A stretch of DNA of 59,854 bases from a virus (lineage: Duplodnaviria > Caudoviricetes), in the IMG/VR virus record IMGVR_UViG_3300038470_000079, positions 1 through 59,854 of that record. One strand, written 5' to 3'. Made by a program: the position numbers and the translations under genes. Below, one piece after another: positions 37,856 through 47,307 of the stretch. The notes below the pieces were generated by a model that did no database searches, was not told the DNA's origin, and saw nothing but the letters and a program-made list of their open reading frames with translations. Position 1 is the first letter of the stretch; every line of letters starts with the position of its first letter.

Positions 37856-38236
37856 TCACGGCTCCGGCGTGGTCACACCGGCGCTGCGCAGCGCGGTGCT
37901 CAGGTCCAGCAGTTCCTGCCGCTGGTGCGGCGGCAGCGCCAGGTCGCACGCCATGATTTCGAGGCAGTCGAGCATCACCTCCGGTGACCAGCCCTGATGG
38001 TAGGCCCGCTGCACCGCGCGCTGCACCGCCGTGCTGGCCCGGCAGAAGGCGTCGCAGAAGGCCGGCGTGGCGGCCACCACCTGCTCGTCCACGCCGGGCG
38101 TGGCCAGCTGGATGCCGGTGGGTGTGGGCCACGGGTAGGCCACAGGCGGCCAAGAAGCACCGAATTCCGAGGTGACCAGCACCTCCGGCGTCGGTAGCAG
38201 TTCGGGTTGAACGGGCTGAGTGGTCGTTTCCATCAT
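37856..38236 (-). CDS. Hypothetical protein
   Basis: MMETTTQ..., SD AGGAG, ATGA overlap with the terminase stop. Confidence 0.6.
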   Translation of the reverse strand: MMETTTQPVQPELLPTPEVLVTSEFGASWPPVAYPWPTPTGIQLATPGVDEQVVAATPAFCDAFCRASTAVQRAVQRAYHQGWSPEVMLDCLEIMACDLALPPHQRQELLDLSTALRSAGVTTPEP

Positions 38237-39834
38237 TGGCTCCTGCTCCAGACGACGGTGCGCCGTCGCACCGGGCGCGCCTTTGCGGTGGTGACCTTGC
38301 GGTCGATGAGTTCGGGCACGAAGGTCAGGGCCAGCGAGTCCGCGCGGTCGGGCGACTTGATGCCGTTCTTCTTCGCGTCCTTCTTGCTCTGCAGCTGGAT
38401 GCGAAAGCGCCCGTCGTAGCCGTAGTCCAGGCTCGTGAGCTGGTCGGCGAGGTCGTCCTCGTCGGGGATCTGCCCGTGCTCCAGGAAGTCGCGCATCTTG
38501 CCCCAGCACTCGCTGCGCTGGTTGAAGTACTGCTTGTCGTCCTTCGCCGGCTGGCCCCACTGCACCGCGATCAGCGGCGGCAGGCCGGGCAGGCGCCGCA
38601 GCGTGCTGTCCAGGTCCGCGCCGTTGCCGATCGCGTCGTAGGCGATGCACGCGATGCCGCCTTCCTTGCGCACGAGTTCGAGCACGCGCCCGCCCAGGTC
38701 CACGCCGTCGTACCCGCTCAGCGCCACCTGGTACAGCACCTTGATGCCCTGGCGCAGCGTGATCACGCTGAAGTCGTCACCGAAGCGCGCCGGGTCGATC
38801 GCGAGGAACTTCTGGTGGTTGCGGTACACGTCCGGCGCGATGCGGCGGCGGCGGGCCTGCGTGACCAGTTCGGGCGAGATGAAGTTGCTGTAGCCGGCCC
38901 GCGGGAACATACCCTTCACGCGCACCCGCACGAAGTCGCTGTCCTCCCCATACTCGTCGATCCACGCCTGGATCTGCTTCTTGTTGCTGAAGCGCACGTC
39001 GCGGCTGTCGACCCGACCGGCGTGGTTGGCGCGCGGCTGCGTGCAGTTCTTGTGGAAGCGGCCGGTCGTGCGCGTGCCGTTGCCGTAGCGTAGCCAGATG
39101 ATCTGCGTCTTCGCGTCGGTCAGCGCACCTTCGGTCACCTCCCAGATCGAGTCGTCGATGGCCGAGGCCTCGTCGAAGATCACCACGATGCGCTTGCCCT
39201 GGTTGTGCATGCCGGCGAAGGCTTCCGTGCGCTCCTTGGACCACGGGATCTGGTCGATGCGCCAGGACTTCTCGCGCTCCTTGTCGCCTGCGATGTAGAT
39301 GGCCGTGGCGGTGAGGGTGAAGAGGTGCTTGGCGATGAACAGCTGATACCACTTCGCGAGTTCGGCCCAGGTCTTCGTGCGCAGCTGCGTGTCCGTGTTG
39401 GCCGTCACCACGCCGCGCGTGTCCTCGAAGGTGCTGATGCCCCAGAGGATGGCCCAGGCCACCTCGGCGGACTTGCCCACGCCGTGCCCGGCCGAGATGT
39501 CCTCCTGCACCACGCAGCCCTCGGTGCCACCCGCGGCCAGCTGCTTGCTGATCCGGTCCTGCTGGTCCTTCTGCCACTGCTCGGGCCCGTCCCAGTGCTC
39601 CAGCACCGTGCCTTCCTTGCCCCACGGGAAGGCCCAGAGCACGAAGCCGTGGAAGTCGCTCTCGAAGCTGGCCAGGTCGGCGAACAGCTCGGCCATGGGC
39701 GTGCCCTGCAGGGCCGCCAGCGTGCTGCGCCCGGCATGCGCTGGCACGGCCGGGTGCGGCGGCTGGGTGCTGTCGATGATCCGCCGCGGCAGCGGCGTCA
39801 CCCCGGCACGATCGGCGGCGGATACCTGACTCAC
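38233..39834 (-). CDS. terL: Terminase large subunit
   Basis: Walker A GHGVGKS, Walker B IFDEAS, nuclease IDPARFGDD and SPDRADSLALT. The start could be the later Met (MAELF). Confidence 0.93.
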   Translation of the reverse strand: MSQVSAADRAGVTPLPRRIIDSTQPPHPAVPAHAGRSTLAALQGTPMAELFADLASFESDFHGFVLWAFPWGKEGTVLEHWDGPEQWQKDQQDRISKQLAAGGTEGCVVQEDISAGHGVGKSAEVAWAILWGISTFEDTRGVVTANTDTQLRTKTWAELAKWYQLFIAKHLFTLTATAIYIAGDKEREKSWRIDQIPWSKERTEAFAGMHNQGKRIVVIFDEASAIDDSIWEVTEGALTDAKTQIIWLRYGNGTRTTGRFHKNCTQPRANHAGRVDSRDVRFSNKKQIQAWIDEYGEDSDFVRVRVKGMFPRAGYSNFISPELVTQARRRRIAPDVYRNHQKFLAIDPARFGDDFSVITLRQGIKVLYQVALSGYDGVDLGGRVLELVRKEGGIACIAYDAIGNGADLDSTLRRLPGLPPLIAVQWGQPAKDDKQYFNQRSECWGKMRDFLEHGQIPDEDDLADQLTSLDYGYDGRFRIQLQSKKDAKKNGIKSPDRADSLALTFVPELIDRKVTTAKARPVRRRTVVWSRSQ

Positions 39835-40499
39835 CAGAGCTGCTCGGCCGGTTCGGGCGCCGCCACCGCGGCGGCGGGTGCTGGCGGCGCGGGCCGCGGC
39901 GTCACGTCCACCACGTCGCCGGCCGAGTCAGCCGGCCCGGTCGGGCCCGCCTGGCGCCGGCGGCGCGCTTCCGCCAGGGCGCTGGCCAAGGCGCTGGCCA
40001 GGGCGTTCACACCGGTCTCACCCTCGTCGCCCACCAGCTTGAAGTGCTTGGCCAGGATGCCCAGGGCGGCCATCTTGTCGTAGGTGCGGATCTTCTTCAC
40101 CGTGACCGGTTCAGCGTTCTCGCCCTTGCCTTCCCAGCGCGTCTCGACATCGATCGAGGAGATCCGTGCGGCCGCGTCCGCGTCCCAGTCCTGGACCGGC
40201 AGCAGGTTGCCGTTCTCGTCGAACACGTCGCGGATGTCGCCGAAGGCGATGCGGCCGAGTTCGATCATCGTGCGCCGGGCCGAGATCCCTGCGGCGGCGT
40301 GGTGCTGCTCCATGAGCTCGCGCACGCGGCGCTGCACGTCGGGCAGGTTGAACGCGTAGTAGAAGTTCTGCTTGGCGATGCCCACCTGCGCTGCCGCCGC
40401 GGCGCGGCTGAAGCCGCAGTTCACGTAGGCGTGGGCCAGCGCCTCGTGCCGGGGGTCCGCGCACGGGGTGCCGGTGAAGGCCTGCAGTGCCTGGGTCAT
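39831..40499 (-). CDS. terS: Terminase small subunit
   Basis: N-terminal HTH, EL.RIAF.DI...FD.NGNL.P...DKMAAL..L.KH. Confidence 0.85.
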   Translation of the reverse strand: MTQALQAFTGTPCADPRHEALAHAYVNCGFSRAAAAAQVGIAKQNFYYAFNLPDVQRRVRELMEQHHAAAGISARRTMIELGRIAFGDIRDVFDENGNLLPVQDWDADAAARISSIDVETRWEGKGENAEPVTVKKIRTYDKMAALGILAKHFKLVGDEGETGVNALASALASALAEARRRRQAGPTGPADSAGDVVDVTPRPAPPAPAAAVAAPEPAEQLW

Positions 40500-40636
40500 G
40501 GATCAGTGCTTCGGGAAGTGGCCGCGCAGTTGGGCCATGACGATCGGGGTCCACCGACCTCGGATGTAGACCCGTTCGCGGAAGAAAAAGCGTCCGGCAG
40601 CGCTGGGCCACGTGTCGAAGGAGAGCCAAGGGATCA

Positions 40637-40693
40637 TGGTTCGCGGTTCAAGGATTCGGGATTCAAGGGTTCGGGATCGCGGTTCAGGGTTTG
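40637..40693. repeat. Degenerate short tandem repeats (GG[G/A]TTC core) followed by A-tracts
   Basis: ggttcgc ggttcaa ggattcgg ggattcaa gggttcg ggatcgc ggttca gggttt, then gaaaaatcgaaattcagaaaacgcaaaattttcaaaaatc. Confidence 0.6.
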
Positions 40694-41125
40694 TTGCTGA
40701 AAAATCGAAATTCAGAAAACGCAAAATTTTCAAAAATCACGATTCCGTTGCTCCGTGGGTGGAGGAGCAGGAGGGGGTATGGCCCCCTCTGGCCAGCGAC
40801 TACTCCCCCGGGTACCCCCGGGCCTTGTTCATGAAGTGCTTCTTGGCCGCCGGCGCAGCCGCAACCGCACGCCGAGCTCGATCCAGGCCCGTGCGCTCGC
40901 TGCCCTGCAGCGTGGTCGTGACCCCCGTGGCCTGGGCACGGAATCGCTCGGGCGGGATCGCGTCGGGGCGGTGGGTCATGCTTGATGGTGGTTTCATGGG
41001 TGGTTCCTGATAGCGTGGGACTAAACCCGGAACTCCGGGCGGGTAACCACTTTCGATTCACGGCCCGTGGTTATTGGTTTGTTCCTCGGGCGCAACAGTT
41101 GACATATTAATCAATGACGCGGTTA

Positions 41126-41428
41126 TTACTGGATAACCCGCGGTGCAGCGATGGTCGCGAGTTCGTATTCGCGCTGCCAGTCGATCACGTGTTTGCGGAT
41201 CGCGGCGACCACACTAGGCCAGTTGACGCGCTCCGCGTCATCGCTGCGCCCCTCGCTCAGGCAGTTGTCCAGCAGGTGCGCAGCGGCCTTTTTGGCCAGC
41301 AGCATCGCGTCAACCCTGGGGTGCGGGTGTCTCCAGGCGGTCTGTTTGGTGGCGCCAGACGGGAATACGACACAAACGCCCCCGGCTGAGGGGTCATTAT
41401 TTGTCGCTTCGAGCCTGTAAATTCGCAC
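41126..41428 (-). CDS. Hypothetical protein
   Basis: 100-aa ORF in the AT-richer divergent region. Confidence 0.5.
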   Translation of the reverse strand: MRIYRLEATNNDPSAGGVCVVFPSGATKQTAWRHPHPRVDAMLLAKKAAAHLLDNCLSEGRSDDAERVNWPSVVAAIRKHVIDWQREYELATIAAPRVIQ

Positions 41429-41429
41429 T

Positions 41430-41660
41430 TTGTGACCTTAAAGGTTATCTAAGCAAGATTTATGCTATTTTTAGCACAGTTCAATAGTTTTGAACTATGG
41501 TTTGGGTGGTCGACTGATAATTTGCACGATAGCCTATCAAAGTATTGAATCACCGTCAAGCCGCAGTGCGATTACCTACACCCGGTGATGTTAGGGTTTG
41601 CGGGTTACGGCTCTTGGCACGCTACTCGCAATGTAGTTGGCATGCCTACCAATCACACCT
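41430..41660. promoter_or_regulatory. AT-rich divergent control region
   Basis: Marked GC drop, inverted repeat agttcaa-N5-ttgaact, separates the - strand packaging genes from the + strand small-gene array. Confidence 0.5.
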
Positions 41661-41665
41661 AACCG

Positions 41666-41878
41666 ATGACCCCCTACACCGAAGCCATGGCCGCCAGCAA
41701 CGCAAGTGCTGCGGCTGCTGCACACACTGCTGATCGCATCTGCCTGCAGTACTGGGCTACCAGCGAAGGCCTGGATGTGATCCAGGTGGAGCGCACGCCC
41801 GAGGGCTATGGCGAGATCACGCAACTGCGCACCCTGCATCTGTGCGACCGTGCTAAGGCACTGGTCCGCGGGATGTGA
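41666..41878 (+). CDS. Hypothetical early protein
   Basis: First ORF of the + strand array. Confidence 0.55.
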   Translation: MTPYTEAMAASNASAAAAAHTADRICLQYWATSEGLDVIQVERTPEGYGEITQLRTLHLCDRAKALVRGM

Positions 41879-41912
41879 GCTGGATCGCGAATTCGTCTGA
41901 CCCGCCCGCACC

Positions 41913-42095
41913 ATGACCCGCAATCTGCTTGCTGACGTGCGCATCATGGCCATGCGCCATCCGCACCTAGCGGCAGTCACCTTGACCTTGCACAGCGGAT
42001 GCCGCTTTCGGCACGCGGTCTGGTACGTGCAAGGCCTGAGGCGTGCTCTCGCACGCGAACATCTGCAACGAATTAATGAGGCTTACGCGTCATGA
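41913..42095 (+). CDS. Hypothetical early protein
   Basis: ATGA overlap with the next gene. Confidence 0.5.
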   Translation: MTRNLLADVRIMAMRHPHLAAVTLTLHSGCRFRHAVWYVQGLRRALAREHLQRINEAYAS

Positions 42096-42535
42096 CAACG
42101 ATCGACCCCCGCACGCTGCCGCCCATGCGACCGGTGCAGAAACTGACCCGCGATCAACGGTTCTTTTTCGACCACGCAGGGTATTCATACCCCGTCGGTA
42201 GCGACCCTGCGACCGGGCGCACCGCGTGCGCTTGTCGGCTCGCTGACGCAGAGGAAACGCTCTTGCAGGCCATGCGACGCGCTAACGTGGCGATGGTTTG
42301 GGAGCACGACGACATCGGCGCGCGGTATTACCGCAAGCGGCCAGAGGACACGCCCGACCACCGCATGGAGGGTAGCGACTGGCGCTACACGTGCGAGCTG
42401 GCTGCGATCGTGAACGGTGAGACCGTGCTAGCGTCCCTCGGTGCGGTGCTGGACGCGGACGCGAATTACCGGCGCGTCATCCGCGCGGAACTGGCCCTCG
42501 AATGCCTGGAACAACTGCAGGAGCTAGCGCAATGA
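42092..42535 (+). CDS. Hypothetical early protein
   Basis: FFFDHAGYSY...ASLG...YRRV..AELA.E; coupled on both sides. Confidence 0.7.
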   Translation: MTTIDPRTLPPMRPVQKLTRDQRFFFDHAGYSYPVGSDPATGRTACACRLADAEETLLQAMRRANVAMVWEHDDIGARYYRKRPEDTPDHRMEGSDWRYTCELAAIVNGETVLASLGAVLDADANYRRVIRAELALECLEQLQELAQ

Positions 42536-42855
42536 TCCTTGTCACCACTACATACGAAATCGTGACCCCGGAAAGCGCTGAACATGGCGAAGCGGACACC
42601 GTTGGCGTCATCGCGGAGCACGAGCCGATGACGTTTCGGGAACTCGTGAAGGCTCTGCGTTACGGTGAGTCGTCGTGCTACCGCGCCCGCGGCGAAACTT
42701 TCGAGTGGGTCACGCAAGACCAAGGGGAGACCCACGCCTACTTCGAGCGCGGCGAACAGGAGTCGCGCTCCTACCATTTCAGCCGCAACAACCCACCCCG
42801 CAAAGCCCGTTACTGGCGCCTGGCATTCAAGGCCGCGGGTCTCATTAAGGAATAG
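42532..42855 (+). CDS. Hypothetical early protein
   Basis: TYEIVTPESAEHGE motif, SD AGGAG. Confidence 0.7.
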   Translation: MILVTTTYEIVTPESAEHGEADTVGVIAEHEPMTFRELVKALRYGESSCYRARGETFEWVTQDQGETHAYFERGEQESRSYHFSRNNPPRKARYWRLAFKAAGLIKE

Positions 42856-42964
42856 GCCGCACCATGATCGCCAACCTGATCGGCGCCTACATGATCGCCC
42901 GCTACCGCGCCCGGGCCCGAAATCACCCTCGCCATTCTGTGCGGGACCAAACCCGCCTGACCCC

Positions 42965-43693
42965 GTGATCATCATCATCCGTGAAGAATCCGCGCACGCC
43001 ATCAACGGTGTGCCTGGTCGTCGATTCGCCGTGACCCGCCACGCGGGCCGCACCACGCTGGCGAGCCAGAAGTGGCGCAGCACTTCCCGGCCCATCGCAG
43101 AGTACGGTCGCGATGCTAGGCTGAGCGTAGAAATCTGCGTCGACGACGAATGCCGCAACGGTCACAACACGTTTACGATCACGGCGGAAGTGCGCATCCC
43201 CGGGCGCCGTGACATCGAGGCCGGCGGGTGCCTGTACGAAGACATCGCCCGCGTGTTCCCGGAGCTGGCGCCGCTGATCAAGTGGCACTTGGTCAGCACC
43301 GACGGGCCGATGCACTACCCCGGGAACGTCATCTATCACGCACGTGAACACGGCCCCACGCACGCGTGGGTGTACTACCGCGGGCCGAGGGCAACCGATC
43401 CGCTCGGTCTGGGCGAGGACGGGACCGAGGAACGATTGCTAGGCTATCTCGGGACTAGCGAGGCGAGCAAGGCGGAAGGCCAACCCGGCTACCGCGTCAA
43501 GTGGGATGACAAGACCGCCAAGGTGCGCAACCTCGATTACGCGCGCAACTGCGCCGTGTGGCCCGAAGCCACGGACGAGCAACTGTGCGCACCTGAACCG
43601 GAGCTGCAGACCGTGCTAATCGCCCGACTGCCTGCACTCCTGCAATCCTTCCGCAACGACATTGAAGCCGCTGGCTTCCTGTGGAGCATCTGA
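42965..43693 (+). CDS. Hypothetical early protein (start uncertain)
   Basis: DD.C.NGHNTF.IT...GGC..E.I...FPELA..IKWHL....GPMHY. Confidence 0.7.
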   Translation: MIIIIREESAHAINGVPGRRFAVTRHAGRTTLASQKWRSTSRPIAEYGRDARLSVEICVDDECRNGHNTFTITAEVRIPGRRDIEAGGCLYEDIARVFPELAPLIKWHLVSTDGPMHYPGNVIYHAREHGPTHAWVYYRGPRATDPLGLGEDGTEERLLGYLGTSEASKAEGQPGYRVKWDDKTAKVRNLDYARNCAVWPEATDEQLCAPEPELQTVLIARLPALLQSFRNDIEAAGFLWSI

Positions 43694-43695
43694 CC

Positions 43696-44055
43696 ATGTG
43701 CAAAATCGAATCCCTCATCGCCAGCGCCATCACTGCGCGCCACGCACTGCAAACCGCCAATACGGTATGCATGCCCGACACTCGCCAAGATGGCAAGCCC
43801 CTACTGAGGGTGCTGCTGCACGGCAACCACATCGCAACCGTGGGGTACGACGACAACGGCCAGCCCTGCAACGCCCAGGGCACGCTCGCGGGGTGGGACA
43901 CGCGCACCACTCGTTTGCGCCTCACGCTAGTTGCACGCGCTGTCGGTGCGCCCTGCGGGCGTGGGGTGTGCCACATCGAAGGGGTGCCGCACGTGCGGCG
44001 TGCCGACGGATCGCATTTCCCGATCCTGCGTGATACCGAATGGTTCTCACTGTGA
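43696..44055 (+). CDS. Hypothetical early protein (copy A of duplicated gene)
   Basis: VLLHGNHIA...GW.T.TT..RL motif. Confidence 0.7.
   Translation: MCKIESLIASAITARHALQTANTVCMPDTRQDGKPLLRVLLHGNHIATVGYDDNGQPCNAQGTLAGWDTRTTRLRLTLVARAVGAPCGRGVCHIEGVPHVRRADGSHFPILRDTEWFSL
43750..44055 (+). repeat. ~306-bp direct repeat, copy A
   Basis: Near-identical to 44328-44636, which has a 3-bp insertion and scattered 3' substitutions. Confidence 0.9.
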
Positions 44056-44252
44056 ACACCAAACCCGAAGCCGTGGTCCGGTTTTCCTTCCTGGACCGCC
44101 TTTGGTATGTGTGCCACGCACGCAGCTACCAAAACGCGATCCGATACCCGGCAAACGGCAAGCAAACACGTGCCGAAGCGGTAGTTTTGGCCGAAGCCAA
44201 CGGGTTCACGGTCGTGCGCCACGCTGACGACAACGCGCAAAAGAGCGACTGA
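44052..44252 (+). CDS. Hypothetical early protein
   Basis: GTGA overlap; begins NTKPE like the gene at 45453. Confidence 0.55.
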   Translation: MNTKPEAVVRFSFLDRLWYVCHARSYQNAIRYPANGKQTRAEAVVLAEANGFTVVRHADDNAQKSD

Positions 44253-44327
44253 CCATGATCCCGAACCCTTCCACGTGTGCGTGCACCGTAGCCAGTACTG
44301 GCAAGCCTGGTACGCGCTCAAGGCCAC
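44234..44327 (+). repeat. ~95-bp direct repeat with 45232-45335 (10-bp deletion in this copy)
   Basis: cgcgcaaaag.gcgactgaccatgatccc...tacgcgctcaaggccac. Confidence 0.9.
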
Positions 44328-44636
44328 CAAACCGCCAATACGGTATGCATGCCCGACACTCGCCAAGATGGCAAGCCCCTACTGAGGGTGCTGCTGCTGC
44401 ACGGCAACCACATCGCAACCGTGGGGTACGACGACAACGGCCAGCCCTGCAACGCCCAGGGCACGCTCGCGGGGTGGGACACGCGCATCACTCGCTCGCG
44501 CCTCACGCTGGTTGCACGTACTGTCGGTGCGCTCTGCGGGCGTGGGGTATGCCACATCGAAGGGACCCCGCACGTGCAGCGCGCCGACGGCTCGCATTTC
44601 CCGATCCTGCGTGATACCGAGTGGTTCTCGCTCTGA
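44255..44636 (+). pseudogene. Chimeric duplicate: frameshifted 5' part of gene 45253 joined to the 3' part of gene 43696 (residual ORF 44349..44636)
   Basis: The two repeats abut at 44327/44328. Confidence 0.6.
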
Positions 44637-44648
44637 AGGAAGCTAACA

Positions 44649-45023
44649 ATGATCGACATCACTGCAATGGCCATGGGCTACGTCGAATGCATGCTGTGGT
44701 CCAGCACCGACGAGAACGGCGTGCCCCTGGACGATGACTACTTCCCGACCGACTTGGCACCCGAGACACAGCAACATGCGCGCGAAGACTGCGCCGAATT
44801 CATCCGCACGTGCGAGGCGCAGGGCATCACGCAAGAAGCCCTGCGCAGCTTGATGGATTCGTCCCGGTGCGGCCATGACCTTTGGCTCACGCGCAACCGC
44901 CACGGCGCGGGGTTCTGGGACCGCGGTTATGGTGACGTGGGCGACAAGCTCACCACCATCGCACACGAAATGGGCAGTCGCGATGCGTACGTGGGCGACG
45001 ATGGAAAGGTCTACACGTCATGA
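44649..45023 (+). CDS. Hypothetical early protein
   Basis: Y.EC.LWSS...GHDLWLTRN.HG.GFWDR...Y.GDDG; SD AAGGA. Confidence 0.8.
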   Translation: MIDITAMAMGYVECMLWSSTDENGVPLDDDYFPTDLAPETQQHAREDCAEFIRTCEAQGITQEALRSLMDSSRCGHDLWLTRNRHGAGFWDRGYGDVGDKLTTIAHEMGSRDAYVGDDGKVYTS

Positions 45024-45250
45024 AACAACGCCACGCCGAATCCGAACGCCTCAACGCGCGCGCCACCTTGGCAAACCTGAACATCGCAGTCGGGCAGGAC
45101 TTCCATACCTTGTCATCGTCGCAAGTGGATGCCCTGCTGTGCGAAGCGGACCGAGCGCGCTACCGAAAGCCCGCCAACGCCAACGGCTCGCGCGCTCGCT
45201 ACTTCCATGACCGATTGCAACGACGGGCCCGCGCGCAAAAGGGCGACTGA
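45020..45250 (+). CDS. Hypothetical early protein
   Basis: DFH.L.S.QV..L...A...YRKP.NANGSRARYF. Confidence 0.7.
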   Translation: MKQRHAESERLNARATLANLNIAVGQDFHTLSSSQVDALLCEADRARYRKPANANGSRARYFHDRLQRRARAQKGD

Positions 45251-45252
45251 CC

Positions 45253-45456
45253 ATGATCCCGCCCCCGTTCGAGCCCTTCCACGTGTGCGTGCACCGTAGC
45301 CAGTACTGGCAGGCTTGGTACGCGCTCAAGGCCACGTCACGCGCGGACGCGATGCAAGAGGGGGCCGTGATCGCCCAGCAGCACCGCCCGCACCGCGTGA
45401 CCCTGCACGCGGACCCCGAATCCCAACCCATTCACACCTGGAACCTGACGCGATGA
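45253..45456 (+). CDS. Hypothetical early protein
   Basis: Coupled ORF; its 5' part is duplicated at 44255. Confidence 0.6.
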   Translation: MIPPPFEPFHVCVHRSQYWQAWYALKATSRADAMQEGAVIAQQHRPHRVTLHADPESQPIHTWNLTR

Positions 45457-45665
45457 ACACCAAGCCCGAAACCGTGAAGTACGTCGTGACCCTCAATAAC
45501 GAAGGCGGCGAGCTGGCAAGTGGCATTGCGCTGACGCCAGAACATGCGGCCCAGGTCGCGATTGCGATGATCGAGGCCACTGGCTCACTGCAAGATGGCG
45601 ACACTATCAAGGTGCGAGAGATCATCGAAATGCTCCCCCAGGCGAATTATCCGTACCCTGACTGA
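45453..45665 (+). CDS. Hypothetical early protein
   Basis: ATGA overlap, MNTKPETV. Confidence 0.6.
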   Translation: MNTKPETVKYVVTLNNEGGELASGIALTPEHAAQVAIAMIEATGSLQDGDTIKVREIIEMLPQANYPYPD

Positions 45666-45727
45666 CCGCAGCGACCTGCCCCTCACACGCGCAAACCGAC
45701 CCGTTCCCAACCCCTGAAAGGAAACCC

Positions 45728-46075
45728 GTGAAGACCTACGCTTTTTTCGCATGTGTCCACTCGTCCGCCGGCGCCAGCATCGCGGCCACCCTGGTCACCC
45801 TCATCGGCTTGGCCCTCGTGCTCGCGGGCCTGCTCTGGTACTGCGTGCGCTACTGGCACGGCAAGCCCGTCCCCAGCAGCGGCAACGTGCTGGCGTCCAC
45901 CATCTGGGCTGGCCTCATGACCGGTACATGCGCGGGCGTCGCGTACGAGCTCGCCAGCAATGGCGACCTGGGCACGGTCTGCTACCCGAGCAACATCGGT
46001 CTCGCGGTGCTGTGCATCACCGTTCTGACCGTCGGCGCGTGCTTGGTGGCCGCCCGACATGCACGGGAGATCTGA
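45728..46075 (+). CDS. Membrane protein (about 3 TM segments)
   Basis: SD AAAGGA, hydrophobic segments. Confidence 0.7.
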   Translation: MKTYAFFACVHSSAGASIAATLVTLIGLALVLAGLLWYCVRYWHGKPVPSSGNVLASTIWAGLMTGTCAGVAYELASNGDLGTVCYPSNIGLAVLCITVLTVGACLVAARHAREI

Positions 46076-46076
46076 C

Positions 46077-46934
46077 ATGGAAATCACTCTCCACCTGCTC
46101 CAATCGTGGAACGCCTGCGACGATGGCGTCGCCTGGTTCCGCCAGCACTTCCCCTCCTTGTCGGCGCCGTACCAAGTCGTGCTGGACGCCTTGGCGGCAG
46201 ACGACAGACCTGATTACGCGCACTGGCTGATGGATCGTGCGGGCAGAGACGATTCCGTGCTGCGTGAAGGCGACAGGCACACCACCAAGCACCTGTTTTT
46301 CGCTGGGCGCATTGACGTGCCCGGGTCGTTGGTCGTCAGCGGGCACCTGCGCGCCGGCTGGGGCATCAAGGCCGGCTCAGGCATCAAGGCCGGCTCAGGC
46401 ATCAAGGCCGGCGAGGGCATCGAAGCCGGCTCGGGCATCAAGGCCGGCTCGGGCATCGAGGCCGGCTGGGGCATCAAGGCCGGCTGGGGCATCGAAGCCG
46501 GCGAGGGCATCGAAGCCGGCTGGGGCATCAAGGCCGGCTCAGGCATCGAGGCCGGCTCAGGCATCAAGGCCGGCGAGGGCATCGAAGCCGGCGAGGGCAT
46601 CGAAGCCGGCTGGGGCATCAAGGCCGGCTCAGGCATCAAGGCCGGCTCAGGCATCAAGGCCGGCTCAGGCATCAAGGCCGGCGAGGGCATCGAAGCCGGC
46701 GAGGGCATCGAAGCCGGCTCGGGCATCAAGGCCGGCTCGGGCATCGAGGCCGGCTGGGGCATCAAGGCCGGCTGGGGCATCGAAGCCGGCTGGGGCATCA
46801 AGGCTGGTGAAGATTATGGGGTGTTTGCTGGCCTCTCGATCAGGCTCACTAAATGGCCCGCACACGCCGCCGTAACCGCGAAAACCAAACCCGAGAACTT
46901 GGTTTCCGGCTTCTGGGTGGCTCGGGCCCGATGA
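46077..46934 (+). CDS. Hexapeptide-repeat (putative beta-solenoid) protein with N-terminal AC..G..WF domain
   Basis: 25 x AG[W/S/E]GI[K/E]. Confidence 0.8.
   Translation: MEITLHLLQSWNACDDGVAWFRQHFPSLSAPYQVVLDALAADDRPDYAHWLMDRAGRDDSVLREGDRHTTKHLFFAGRIDVPGSLVVSGHLRAGWGIKAGSGIKAGSGIKAGEGIEAGSGIKAGSGIEAGWGIKAGWGIEAGEGIEAGWGIKAGSGIEAGSGIKAGEGIEAGEGIEAGWGIKAGSGIKAGSGIKAGSGIKAGEGIEAGEGIEAGSGIKAGSGIEAGWGIKAGWGIEAGWGIKAGEDYGVFAGLSIRLTKWPAHAAVTAKTKPENLVSGFWVARAR
46353..46802 (+). repeat. Coding tandem repeat, 25 x 18 bp
   Basis: gccggc-(tgg/tca/tcg/gag)-ggcatc-(aag/gaa/gag). Confidence 0.95.
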
Positions 46935-47194
46935 GCCATGAACGCCGAGACGGCGCCACCCTGCGCGAGGAAAGCGAGCGGCGCTCGTACTTCTTCGCGC
47001 TGGGTCTGCTGGGCTTCGCGCTGTGGTGCCTGGTCGCCCTCGCCCGCGAGCTCGTCATGCGGGCCCGCGACACGCGATTCAGGCGCCGGCAGCGCCGGCC
47101 GGCACGCCAGACCTACGCGGCGCTGGATCGCGCCTACAGGGCCGACATCGAGCGCCAGGCTCGCCAAGCCAGGCCCCGAAACACGAGGCCGTGA
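46931..47194 (+). CDS. Hypothetical protein with one TM helix and a basic tail
   Basis: ATGA overlap; last gene of the + array. Confidence 0.5.
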   Translation: MSHERRDGATLREESERRSYFFALGLLGFALWCLVALARELVMRARDTRFRRRQRRPARQTYAALDRAYRADIERQARQARPRNTRP

Positions 47195-47307
47195 GGCCCG
47201 GACCGATCCCGACCGGCGCCGCCCGCGCGCCGGCTCACCCAACCCCATTTGCACCAACCCAGTGCGCATTCCAACCTTTTCAGCGCCTAATCCCTCCGGC
47301 TGCTGTC

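Noticed and set aside
43750-44636. Diversity-generating retroelement TR/VR pair
   Set aside because: Differences are not adenine-specific, include an indel, and no reverse transcriptase is encoded.
46353-46802. CRISPR array
   Set aside because: Contiguous in-frame 18-bp coding units with no unique spacers and no cas operon; DUF2800 is only Cas4-like in fold.
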